Origin: Eledone cirrhosa
Lineage: Eukaryota
Length of the DNA stretch: 64,000 nt
NCBI GenBank assembly: GCA_964016885.1
Contig: OZ024740.1
Coordinates: 316,510,001-316,574,000, forward strand
Reading direction: 5' to 3'
Part shown: positions 13,328 to 29,300 of the stretch, piece after piece
Layout: the number at the start of each line of letters is the position of its first letter
Position numbering within the stretch: the stretch's first letter is position 1
The notes under the pieces: model-generated
Told to the model about the DNA's origin: nothing
What the model saw: the letters and a program-made list of their open reading frames with translations, nothing else
The model's database searches: none
Program-made: the position numbers and the translations under genes

Positions 13328-16300
13328 GTAAATACTAAAGTTTAAACTGTATTGAAACAACTACCATCATATTTTAAACTGTTGGACACTACGGCCATCA
13401 TATATAGAACTATATTAAATTATTGGACACTACTACCATCATATATAGAACTATATTAAACTATTGGACACTACTACCATCATATATTGAGCTATATTAA
13501 AATATTGAACACTACTACCATCATATATAGAACTATATTAAAATGTTGGACACTGCTACCATCATATATAGAACTATATTAAACTGTTGGACACTACTAC
13601 CATCATATATGGAATTATATTAAACTATTGGACACTACTACCATCATATATAGAACTATATTAAATTATTGGAAACTACTACCATCATCTATAGAACTAT
13701 ATTATACTATTCGACACTACTACCATCATATATAGAACTATATTAAACTGTTGGACACTACTACCATCATATATAGAACTATATTAAACTATTGGACACT
13801 ACTACCCTCATATATAGAACTATATTAAACTTTTGTACACTACTACCATCATATATAGAACTATATTAAACTATTGGACACTACTACCATCATATATAGA
13901 ACTATATTAAACTATTGGACACTACTACCATCATATATAGAACTATATTAAACTATTGGACACTACTACCATCATATATAGAACTATTTTAAACTATTGG
14001 ACACTACTACCATCATATATAGAACTATATTAAACTATTGGACACTACTACCATCATATATAGAACTATATTAAACTTTTGGACACTACTACCATCATAT
14101 ATAGAACTATATTAAACTATTGGACACTACTACCATCATATATAGAACTATTTTAAACTATTGGACACTACTACCATCATATATAGAACTATATTAAACT
14201 ATTGGACACTACTACCATCATATATAGAACTATATTAAACTTTTGGACACTACTACCATCATATATAGAACTATATGAAACTATTGGACACTACTACCAT
14301 CATATATAGAACTATATTAAACTGTTGGACACTGCTATCATCATATATAGAACTATATTACATTGTTGGACACTACTACCATCATATATAGAACTATATT
14401 AAACTATTGGACACTACTACCATCATATATAGAACTATAGTAAACTATTGGAAACTACTACCATCATCTATAGAACTATATTAAACTATTGGACACTACT
14501 ACCATCATATATAGAACTATATTAAACTATTGGACACTACTACCATCATATATAGAACCATATTAAACTATTGGACACTACTACCATCATATATAGACCT
14601 ATATTAAACTATTGGACACTACTACCATCATATATAAAACTATATTAAACTATTTTCCCACCTCTTTCTGTTTCAACCAACCATAACTGGCCACTCATAC
14701 TGATTAATTTATGGTTCTCAAAATAAATAATATCAAAATCTCATAGATTCGATATTACGTCAGGTAAAGCCTTTATCATGAAAATATAATAGTAAATATA
14801 AAGTAATGTAAATACTAAAGTTTAAACTGTATTGAAACAACTACCATCATATTTTAAACTGTTGGACACTACGGCCATCATATATAGAACTATATTAAAT
14901 TATTGGACACTACTACCATCATATATAGAACTATATTAAACTATTGGACACTACTACCATCATATATTGAGCTATATTAAAATATTGAACACTACTACCA
15001 TCATATATAGAACTATATTAAAATGTTGGACACTGCTACCATCATATATAGAACTATATTAAACTGTTGGACACTACTACCATCATATATGGAATTATAT
15101 TAAACTATTGGACACTACTACCATCATATATAGAACTATATTAAATTATTGGAAACTACTACCATCATCTATAGAACTATATTATACTATTCGACACTAC
15201 TACCATCATATATAGAACTATATTAAACTGTTGGACACTACTACCATCATATATAGAACTATATTAAACTATTGGACACTACTACCCTCATATATAGAAC
15301 TATATTAAACTTTTGTACACTACTACCATCATATATAGAACTATATTAAACTATTGGACACTACTACCATCATATATAGAACTATATTAAACTATTGGAC
15401 ACTACTACCATCATATATAGAACTATATTAAACTATTGGACACTACTACCATCATATATAGAACTATTTTAAACTATTGGACACTACTACCATCATATAT
15501 AGAACTATATTAAACTATTGGACACTACTACCATCATATATAGAACTATATTAAACTTTTGGACACTACTACCATCATATATAGAACTATATTAAACTAT
15601 TGGACACTACTACCATCATATATAGAACTATTTTAAACTATTGGACACTACTACCATCATATATAGAACTATATTAAACTATTGGACACTACTACCATCA
15701 TATATAGAACTATATTAAACTTTTGGACACTACTACCATCATATATAGAACTATATGAAACTATTGGACACTACTACCATCATATATAGAACTATATTAA
15801 ACTGTTGGACACTGCTATCATCATATATAGAACTATATTACATTGTTGGACACTACTACCATCATATATAGAACTATATTAAACTATTGGACACTACTAC
15901 CATCATATATAGAACTATAGTAAACTATTGGAAACTACTACCATCATCTATAGAACTATATTAAACTATTGGACACTACTACCATCATATATAGAACTAT
16001 ATTAAACTATTGGACACTACTACCATCATATATAGAACCATATTAAACTATTGGACACTACTACCATCATATATAGACCTATATTAAACTATTGGACACT
16101 ACTACCATCATATATAAAACTATATTAAACTATTTTCCCACCTCTTTCTGTTTCAACCAACCATAACTGGCCACTCATACTGATTAATTTATGGTTCTCA
16201 AAATAAATAATATCAAAATCTCATAGATTCGATATTACGTCAGGTAAAGCCTTTATCATGAAAATATAATAGTAAATATAAAGTAATGTAAATACTAAAG

Positions 16301-16332
16301 TTTAAACTGTATTGAAACAACTACCATCATAT
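13328..16332 (+). repeat. Tandem duplication, period 1,480 bp (one module + 31 monomers); repeated at about 35866-38870
   Basis: Modules at 13175, 14655 and 16135 are 1480 apart, and the two intervening arrays share rare variants (ATTTTAAACT, ACCCTCA, GACCTAT). Confidence 0.92.
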
Positions 16333-19300
16333 ATTAAACTGTTGGACACTACGGCCATGATATATAGAACTATATTAAACTATTGGACAGTGCTACCATC
16401 ATATATAGAACTATATTAAACTGTTGGACACTACTACCATCATATATAGAACTATATTAAACTATTGGAGACTACTACCATCATATATAGAACTATATTA
16501 AACTATTGGACACTACTACCATCATATGTAGAACTATATTAAACTATTGGACACTGCTATCATCATATATAGAACTATATTAAACTGTTGGACACTACTA
16601 CCATCATATATAGAACTATATTAAACTATTGGACACTACTACCATCATATATAGAACTATATTAAACTATTGGACACTACTATCATCATATATAGAACTA
16701 TATTAAACTATTGGACACTACTACCATCATATATAGAACCATATTAAACTATTGGACACTACTACCATCATATATAGAACTATATTAAACTATTGGACAC
16801 TACTACCATCATATATAGAACCATATTAAACTATTGGACACTACTACCATCATATATAGAACTATATTAAACTATTGGACACTACTACCATCATATATAG
16901 AACTATAGTAAACTATTGGAAACTACTACCATCATCTATAGAACTATATTAAACTATTGGACGCCACTAGCATCATATATAAAACTATATAAAACTATTT
17001 TCCCACCTCTTTCTGTTTCAACCAACCATAACTGGCCACTCATACTGATTAAGTTATGGTTCTCAAAATAAAAAATATCAAAATCTCATAGATTCGATAT
17101 TATGTCAGGTAAAGCCTTTATCATGAAAATATAATTGTAAATATGAACTAAAGTAAATACTAAAGTTTAAACTGTATTGAAACAACTACCATCATATATT
17201 AAACTGTTGGACACTATGGCCATCATATATAGAACTATATTAAATTATTGGACACTACTACCATCATATATAGAACTATATTAAACTATTGGACACTACT
17301 ACCATCATATATTGAGCTATATTAAAATATTGAACACTACTACCATCATATATAGAACTATATTAAAATGTTGGACACTGCTACCATCATATATAGAACT
17401 ATATTAAACTGTTGGACACTACTACCATCATATATGGAATTATATTAAACTATTGGACACTACTACCATCATATATAGAACTATATTAAACTGTTGGACA
17501 CTACTACCATCATATATAGAACTATATTAAACTATTGGAGACTACTACCATCATATATAGAACTATATTAAACTGTTGGACACTACTACCATCATATATA
17601 GAACTATATTAAACTATTGGACACTACTACCATCATATATAGAACTATATTAAACTTTTGGACACTACTACCATCATATATAGAACTATATTAAACTATT
17701 GGACACTACTACCATCATATATAGAACCATATTAAACTATTGGACACTACTACCATCATATATAGAACTATATTAAACTATTGGACACTACTACCATCAT
17801 ATATAAAACTATATTAAACTATTTTCCCACCTCTTTCTGTTTCAACCAACCATAACTGGCCACTCATACTGATTAATTTATGGTTCTCAAAATAAATAAT
17901 ATCAAAATCTCATAGATTCGATATTACGTCAGGTAAAGCCTTTATCATGAAAATATAATAGTAAATATAAAGTAATGTAAATACTAAAGTTTAAACTGTA
18001 TTGAAACAACTACCATCATATATTAAACTGTTGGACACTACGGCCATGATATATAGAACTATATTAAACTATTGGACAGTGCTACCATCATATATAGAAC
18101 TATATTAAACTGTTGAACACTACTACCCTCATATATAGAACTATATTAAACTATTGGAGACTACTACCCTCATATATAGAACTATATTAAACTATTGGAC
18201 ACTACTATCATCATATATAGAACTATATTAAACTAGTGGACACAACTACCATCATATATAGAACCATATTAAACTATTGGACACTACTACCATCATATAT
18301 AGAACTATATTAAACTATTGGACACTACTACCATCATATATAGAACCATATTAAACTATTGGACACTACTACCATCATATATAGAACTATATTAAACTAT
18401 TGGACACTACTACCATCATATATAGAACTATAGTAAACTATTGGAAACTACTACGATCATCTATAGAACTATATTAAACTATTGGACGCCACTAGCATCA
18501 TATATAAAACTATATAAAACTATTTTCCCACCTCTTTCTGTTTCAACCAACCATAACTGGCCACTCATACTGATTAAGTTATGGTTCTCAAAATAAAAAA
18601 TATCAAAATCTCATAGATTCGATATTATGTCAGGTAAAGCCTTTATCATGAAAATATAATTGTAAATATGAAGTAACGTAAATACTAAAGTTTAAACTGT
18701 ATTGAAACAACTACCATCATATATTAAACTGTTGGACACTACGGCCATCATATATAGAACTATATTAAATTATTGGACACTACTACCATCATATATAGAA
18801 CTATATTAAACTATTGGACACTACTACCATCATATATTGAGCTATATTAAAATATTGAACACTACTACCATCATATATAGAACTATATTAAAATGTTGGA
18901 CACTGCTACCATCATATATAGAACTATATTAAACTGTTGGACACTACTACCATCATATATGGAATTATATTAAACTATTGGACACTACTACCATCATATA
19001 TAGAACTATATTAAACTGTTGGACACTACTACCATCATATATAGAACTATATTAAACTATTGGACACTACTACCATCATCTATAGAACTATATTAAACTA
19101 TTGGACACTACTACCATCATATATATAACTATTTTAAACTATTGGACACTACTACCATCATATATAGAACTATATTAAACTATTGGACACTACTACCATC
19201 ATATGTAGAACTATGTTAAACTATTCGACACTACTACCATCATATATAGAACTATATTAAACTATTGGACACTACTACCATCATATGTAGAACTATATTA

Positions 19301-21115
19301 AACTATTGGACACTGCTATCATCATATATAGAACTATATTAAACTGTTGGACACTACTACCATCATATATAGAACTATATTAAACTATTGGACACTACTA
19401 CCATCATATATAGAACTATATTAAACAATTGGACACTACTATCATCATATATAGAACTATATTAAACTATTGGACACTACTACCATCATATATAGAACCA
19501 TATTAAACTATTGGACACTACTACCATCATATATAGAACTATATTAAACTATTGGACACTACTACCATCATATATAGAACCATATTAAACTATTGGACAC
19601 TACTACCATCATATATAGAACTATATTAAACTATTGGAGACTACTACCATCATATATAGAACTATATTAAACTATTGGACACTACTACCATCATATATAG
19701 AACCATATTAAACTATTCGACACTACTACCATCATATATAGAACTATATTAAACTATTGGACACTACTACCATCATATATAGAACTATATTAAACTTTTG
19801 GACACTACTACCATCATATATAGAACTATATTAAACTATTGGACACTACTACCATCATATATATAACTATTTTAAACTATTGGACACTACTACCACCATA
19901 TATAGAACTATATTAAACTATTGGACACTACTACCATCATATATAGAACTATATTAAACTTTTGGACACTACTACCATCATCTATATAACTATATTAAAC
20001 TATTGGACACTACTACCATCATATATAGAACTATATTAAACTATTGGACACTACTACCATCATACATAGAACCATATTAAACTATTGGACACAACTACCA
20101 TTATATATAGAACTATATTAAACTATTGGACACTACTACCATCATATATAAAACTACATTAAACTATTTTCCCACCTCTTTCTGTTTCAACCAACCATAA
20201 CTGGCCACTCATACTGATTAATTTATGGTTCTCAAAATAAATAATATCAAAATCTCATAGATTCGATATTACGTCAGGTAAAGCCTTTATCATGAAATTA
20301 TAATAGTAAATATAAAGTAATGTAAATACTAAAGTTTAAACTGTATTGAAACAAGTACCATCATATATTAAACTGTTGGACACTACGGCCATCATATATA
20401 GAACTATATTAAACTATTGGACAGTGCTACCATCATATATAGAACTATATTAAACTATTGGACACTACTACCATCATATATAGAACTATATTAAACTATT
20501 GGACACTACTACCATCATATGTAGAACTATATTAAACTATTGGACACTGCTATAATCATATATAGAACTATATTAAACTGTTGGACACTACTACCATCAT
20601 ATATAGAACTATATTAAACTATTAGACACTACTACCATCATATATAGAACTATATTAAACTATTGGACACTACTATCATCATATATAGAACTATATTAAA
20701 CTATTGGACACTACTACCATCATATATAGAACCATATTAAACTATTGGACACTACTACCATCATATATAGAACTATATTAAACTATTGGACACTAATACC
20801 ATCATATATAGAACCATATTAAACTATTGGACACTACTACCATCATATATAGAACTATATTAAACTATTGGACACTACTACCATGATATATAGAACTATA
20901 GTAAACTATTGGAAACTACTACCATCATCTATAGAACTATATTAAACTATTGGACACTACTACCATCATATATAGAACTATATTAAACTATTGGACACTA
21001 CTACCATCATATATAGAACTATATTAAACTATTGGACACTACTACCATCATATATAGAACTATATTAAACTATTGGACACTACTACCATCATATATAAAA
21101 CTATATTAAACTATT

Positions 21116-21324
21116 TTCCCACCTCTTTCTGTTTCAACCAACCATAACTGGCCACTCATACTCAGTAAGGTATGGTTCTCAAGATAAATAATAACAAAAT
21201 CTCATAGATTCGATAATATGTTAGGTAAAGCCTTTATCATTCAAGTATAATAGTAAATATAAAATAATGTAAATACTAAAGTTTAAACTGTATTGAAACA
21301 ACTACCATCATATATTAAACTGTT
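21116..21324 (+). repeat. Divergent 209-bp module (CTCAGTAAGG, AAGATAAATAATAAC, TCATTCAAGTAT); duplicate at 43654
   Basis: Several private substitutions seen only here and at +22,538. Confidence 0.9.
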
Positions 21325-23364
21325 GGACACTACGGCCATCATATATAGAACTATATTAAATTATTGGACACTACTACCATCATATATAGAACTATACTAA
21401 ACTATTGGACACTACTACCATCATTTATAGAACTATATTAAAATATTGGACACTACTACCATCATATATAGAACTATATTAAACTGTTGGACACTGCTAC
21501 CATCATATATAGAACTATATTAAACTGTTGGACACTACTACCATCATATATGGAACTATATTAAACTATTGGACAGTGCTACCATCATATATAGAACTAT
21601 ATTAAACTATTGGAGACTACTACCATCATATATAGAACTATATTAAACTATTGGACACTACTACCATAATATATAGAACTATATTAAACTGTTGGAAACT
21701 ACTACCATCATATATAGAACTATATTAAACTATTGGACACTACTACAATCATATATAGAACTATATTAAACTATTGGACACTACTACCATCATATATAGA
21801 ACTGTATTAAACTATTGGACACTACTACCATCATATATAGAACCATATTAAACTATTGTGCACTACTACCATCATATATAGAACTATATTAAATTATTGG
21901 ACACTACTACCATCATATATAGAACTATTGGACACTACTACCATCATATATAGAACTATATTAAACTATTGGACACTACTGCCATCATATATAGAACTAT
22001 ATTAAACTATTGGACATTGCTATCATCATATATAGAACTATATTAAACTATTTTCTCCCCTCTTTCTGTTTCAACCAACCATAACTGGCCACTCATACTG
22101 ATTAAGGTATGGTTCTCAAAATAAATAATATCAAAATCTCATAGATTCGATAATATGTTAGGTAAAGCCTTTATCATGAAAATATAATAGTAAATATAAA
22201 GTAATGTAAATACTAAAGTTTAAACTGTATTGAAACAACTACCATCATATATTAAACTGTTGGACACTACTACCATCATATATAGAACTATATTAAACTA
22301 TTCGACACTACTACCATCATATATAGAATCATATTAAACTATTGGACACTACTACCATCATATATAGAACTATATTAAACTATTGGACACTACTACCATC
22401 ATATATAGAACTATATTAAACTATTGGACACTACTACCATCATATATAGAACTATATTAAACTTTTGGACACTACTACCATCATATATAGAACTATATTA
22501 AACTATTGGACACTACTACCATCATATATAGAACTATATTAAACATTTGGACAATACTACCATCATATATAGAACTATATTAAACTATTGGACACTACTA
22601 CCATCATATATAAAACTATATTAAACTATTTTCCCACCTCTTTCTGTTTCAACCAACCATAACTGGCCACTCATACTGATTAATTTATGGTTCTCAAAAT
22701 AAATAATATCAAAATCTCATACATTTGATATTACGTCAGGTAAAGCCTTTATCATGAAAATATAATAGTAAATATAAAGTAATGGAAATACTAAAGTTTA
22801 AACTGTATTGAAACAACTACCATCATATATTAAACTGTTGGACACTACGGCCATCATATATAGAACTATATTAAATTATTGGACACTACTACCATCATAT
22901 ATAGAAGTATATTAAACTATTGGACACTACTACCATCATATATAGAACTATATTAAAATATTGGACACTACTACCATCATATATAGAACTATATTAAATT
23001 GTTGGACACTGCTACCATCATATATAGAACTATATTAAACTATTGGACACTACTACCATCATATATAGAACTATATTAAACTGTTGGAAACTACTACCAT
23101 CATATATAGAACTATTTTAAAATATTGGACACTACTACCATCATATATAGAACTATATTAAACTGTTGGAAACTACTACCATCATATATGGAACTATATT
23201 AAACTATTGGACAGTGCTACCATCATATATAGAACTATATTAAACTATTGGAGACTACTACCATCATATATAGAACCATATTAAACTATTGGACACTACT
23301 ACCATCATATATAGAACCATATTAAACTATTGGACACTACTACCATCATATATAGAACTATATT

Positions 23365-26300
23365 AAACTATTTTCCCGCCCCTTTCTGTTTCAACCAACC
23401 ATAACTGGCCACTCATACTGATTAATTTATGGTTCTCAAAATAAATAATATCAAAATCTCATAGATTCGATATTACGTCAGGTAAAGCCTTTATCATGAA
23501 AATATAATAGTAAATATAAAGTAATGTAAATACTAAAGTTTAAACTGTATTGAAACAACTACCATCATATATTAAACTGTTGGACACTACGGCCATGATA
23601 TATAGAACTATATTAAACTATTGGACAGTGCTACCATCATATATAGAACTATATTAAACTGTTGGACACTACTACCATCATATATAGAACTATATTAAAC
23701 TATTGGAGACTACTACCATCATATATAGAACTATATTAAACTATTGGACACTACTACCATCATATGTAGAACTATATTAAACTATTGGACACTGCTATCA
23801 TCATATATAGAACTATATTAAACTGTTGGACACTACTACCATCATATATAGAACTATATTAAACTATTGGACACTACTACCATCATATATAGAACTATAT
23901 TAAACTATTGGACACTACTATCATCATATATAGAACTATATTAAACTATTGGACACTACTACCATCATATATAGAACCATATTAAACTATTGGACACTAC
24001 TACCATCATATATAGAACCATATTAAACTATTGGACACTACTACCATCATATATAGAACCATATTAAACTATTGGACACTACTACCATCATATATAGAAC
24101 TATATTAAACTATTGGACACTACTACCATCATATATAGAACTATAGTAAACTATTGGAAACTACTACCATCATCTATAGAACTATATTAAACTATTGGAC
24201 GCCACTAGCATCATATATAAAACTATATAAAACTATTTTCCCACCTCTTTCTGTTTCAACCAACCATAACTGGCCACTCATACTGATTAAGTTATGGTTC
24301 TCAAAATAAAAAATATCAAAATCTCATAGATTCGATATTATGTCAGGTAAAGCCTTTATCATGAAAATATAATTGTAAATATGAAGTAACGTAAATACTA
24401 AAGTTTAAACTGTATTGAAACAACTACCATCATATATTAAACATTTGGACACTATGGCCATCATATATAGAACTATATTAAATTATTGGACACTACTACC
24501 ATCATATATAGAACTATATTAAACTATTGGACACTACTACCATCATATATTGAGTTATATTAAAATATTGAACACTACTACCATCATATATAGAACTATA
24601 TTAAAATGTTGGACACTGCTACCATCATATATAGAACTATATTAAACTGTTGGACACTACTACCATCATATATGGAATTATATTAAACTATTGGACACTA
24701 CTACCATCATATATAGAACTATATTAAACTGTTGGACACTACTACCATCATATATAGAACTATATTAAACTATTGGAGACTACTACCATCATATATAGAA
24801 CTATATTAAACTGTTGGACACTACTACCATCATATATAGAACTATATTAAACTATTGGACACTACTACCATCATATATAGAACTATATTAAACTTTTGGA
24901 CACTACTACCATCATATATAGAACTATATTAAACTATTGGACACTACTACCATCATATATAGAACTATTTTAAACTATTGGACACTACTACCATCATATA
25001 TAGAACTATATTAAACTATTGGACACTACTACCATCATATATAGAACTATATTAAACTTTTGGACACTACTACCATCATATATAGAACTATATGAAACTA
25101 TTGGACACTACTACCATCATATATAGAACTATATTAAACTGTTGGACACTGCTATCATCATATATAGAACTATATTACATTGTTGGACACTACTACCATC
25201 ATATATAGAACTATATTAAACTATTGGACACTACTACCATCATATATAGAACTATAGTAAACTATTGGAAACTACTACCATCATCTATAGAACTATATTA
25301 AACTATTGGACACTACTACCATCATATATAGAACTATATTAAACTATTGGACACTACTACCATCATATATAGAACCATATTAAACTATTGGACACTACTA
25401 CCATCATATATAGAACTATATTAAACTATTGGACACTACTACCATCATATATAAAACTATATTAAACTATTTTCCCACCTCTTTCTGTTTCAACCAACCA
25501 TAACTGGCCACTCATACTGATTAATTTATGGTTCTCAAAATAAATAATATCAAAATCTCATAGATTCGATATTACGTCAGGTAAAGCCTTTATCATGAAA
25601 ATATAATAGTAAATATAAAGTAATGTAAATACTAAAGTTTAAACTGTATTGAAACAACTACCATCATATATTAAACTGTTGGACACTACGGCCATGATAT
25701 ATAGAACTATATTAAACTATTGGACAGTGCTACCATCATATATAGAACTATATTAAACTGTTGAACACTACTACCCTCATATATAGAACTATATTAAACT
25801 ATTGGAGACTACTACCCTCATATATAGAACTATATTAAACTATTGGACACTACTATCATCATATATAGAACTATATTAAACTAGTGGACACAACTACCAT
25901 CATATATAGAACCATATTAAACTATTGGACACTACTACCATCATATATAGAACTATATTAAACTATTGGACACTACTACCATCATATATAGAACCATATT
26001 AAACTATTGGACACTACTACCATCATATATAGAACTATATTAAACTATTGGACACTACTACCATCATATATAGAACTATAGTAAACTATTGGAAACTACT
26101 ACCATCATCTATAGAACTATATTAAACTATTGGACGCCACTAGCATCATATATAAAACTATATAAAACTATTTTCCCACCTCTTTCTGTTTCAACCAACC
26201 ATAACTGGCCACTCATACTGATTAAGTTATGGTTCTCAAAATAAAAAATATCAAAATCTCATAGATTCGATATTATGTCAGGTAAAGCCTTTATCATGAA

Positions 26301-29300
26301 AATATAATTGTAAATATGAAGTAACGTAAATACTAAAGTTTAAACTGTATTGAAACAACTACCATCATATATTAAACTGTTGGACACTACGGCCATCATA
26401 TATAGAACTATATTAAATTATTGGACACTACTACCATCATATATAGAACTATATTAAACTATTGGACACTACTACCATCATATATTGAGCTATATTAAAA
26501 TATTGAACACTACTACCATCATATATAGAACTATATTAAAATGTTGGACACTGCTACCATCATATATAGAACTATATTAAACTGTTGGACACTACTACCA
26601 TCATATATGGAATTATATTAAACTATTGGACACTACTACCATCATATATAGAACTATATTAAACTATTGGACACTACTACCATCATATATAGAACCATAT
26701 TAAACTATTCGACACTACTACCATCATATATAGAACTATATTAAACTATTGGACACTACTACCATCATATATAGAACTATATTAAACTTTTGGACACTAC
26801 TACCATCATATATAGAACTATATTAAACTATTGGACACTACTACCATCATATATATAACTATTTTAAACTATTGGACACTACTACCACCATATATAGAAC
26901 TATATTAAACTATTGGACACTACTACCATCATATATAGAACTATATTAAACTTTTGGACACTACTACCATCATATATAGAACTATATTAAACTATTGGAC
27001 ACTACTACCATCATATATAGAACCATATTAAACTATTGGACACTACTACCATCATATATAGAACTATATTAAACTATTGGACACTACTACCATCATATAT
27101 AGAACTATTGGACACTACTACCATCATATATAGAACTATATTAAACTATTGGACACTACTGCCATCATATATAGAACTATATTAAACTATTGGACATTGC
27201 TATCATCATATATAGAACTATATTAAACTATTTTCTCCCCTCTTTCTGTTTCAACCAACCATAACTGGCCACTCATACTGATTAAGGTATGGTTCTCAAA
27301 ATAAATAATATCAAAATCTCATAGATTCGATAATATGTTAGGTAAAGCCTTTATCATGAAAATATAATAGTAAATATAAAGTAATGTAAATACTAAAGTT
27401 TAAACTGTATTGAAACAACTACCATCATATATTAAACTGTTGGACACTACGGCCATGATATATAGAACTATATTAAACTATTGGACAGTGCTACCATCAT
27501 ATATAGAACTATATTAAACTGTTGGACACTACTACCATCATATATAGAACTATATTAAACTATTGGAGACTACTACCATCATATATAGAACTATATTAAA
27601 CTATTGGACACTACTACCATCATATGTAGAACTATATTAAACTATTGGACACTACTACCATCATATATAAAACTATATTAAACTATTTTCCCGCCCCTTT
27701 CTGTTTCAACCAACCATAACTGGCCACTCATACTGATTAATTTATGGTTCTCAAAATAAATAATATCAAAATCTCATAGATTCGATATTACGTCAGGTAA
27801 AGCCTTTATCATGAAAATATAATAGTAAATATAAAGTAATGTAAATACTAAAGTTTAAACTGTATTGAAACAACTACCATCATATATTAAACTGTTGGAC
27901 ACTACGGCCATGATATATAGAACTATATTAAACTATTGGACAGTGCTACCATCATATATAGAACTATATTAAACTGTTGGACACTACTACCATCATATAT
28001 AGAACTATATTAAACTATTGGAGACTACTACCATCATATATAGAACTATATTAAACTATTGGACACTACTACCATCATATGTAGAACTATATTAAACTAT
28101 TGGACACTGCTATCATCATATATAGAACTATATTAAACTGTTGGACACTACTACCATCATATATAGAACTATATTAAACTATTGGACACTACTACCATCA
28201 TATATAGAACTATATTAAACTATTGGACACTACTATCATCATATATAGAACTATATTAAACTATTGGACACTACTACCATCATATATAGAACCATATTAA
28301 ACTATTGGACACTACTACCATCATATATAGAACCATATTAAACTATTGGACACTACTACCATCATATATAGAACCATATTAAACTATTGGACACTACTAC
28401 CATCATATATAGAACTATATTAAACTATTGGACACTACTACCATCATATATAGAACTATAGTAAACTATTGGAAACTACTACCATCATCTATAGAACTAT
28501 ATTAAACTATTGGACGCCACTAGCATCATATATAAAACTATATAAAACTATTTTCCCACCTCTTTCTGTTTCAACCAACCATAACTGGCCACTCATACTG
28601 ATTAAGTTATGGTTCTCAAAATAAAAAATATCAAAATCTCATAGATTCGATATTATGTCAGGTAAAGCCTTTATCATGAAAATATAATTGTAAATATGAA
28701 GTAACGTAAATACTAAAGTTTAAACTGTATTGAAACAACTACCATCATATATTAAACATTTGGACACTATGGCCATCATATATAGAACTATATTAAATTA
28801 TTGGACACTACTACCATCATATATAGAACTATATTAAACTATTGGACACTACTACCATCATATATTGAGCTATATTAAAATATTGAACACTACTACCATC
28901 ATATATAGAACTATATTAAAATGTTGGACACTGCTACCATCATATATAGAACTATATTAAACTGTTGGACACTACTACCATCATATATGGAATTATATTA
29001 AACTATTGGACACTACTACCATCATATATAGAACTATATTAAACTGTTGGACACTACTACCATCATATATAGAACTATATTAAACTATTGGAGACTACTA
29101 CCATCATATATAGAACTATATTAAACTGTTGGACACTACTACCATCATATATAGAACTATATTAAACTATTGGACACTACTACCATCATATATAGAACTA
29201 TATTAAACTTTTGGACACTACTACCATCATATATAGAACTATATTAAACTATTGGACACTACTACCATCATATATAGAACTATTTTAAACTATTGGACAC

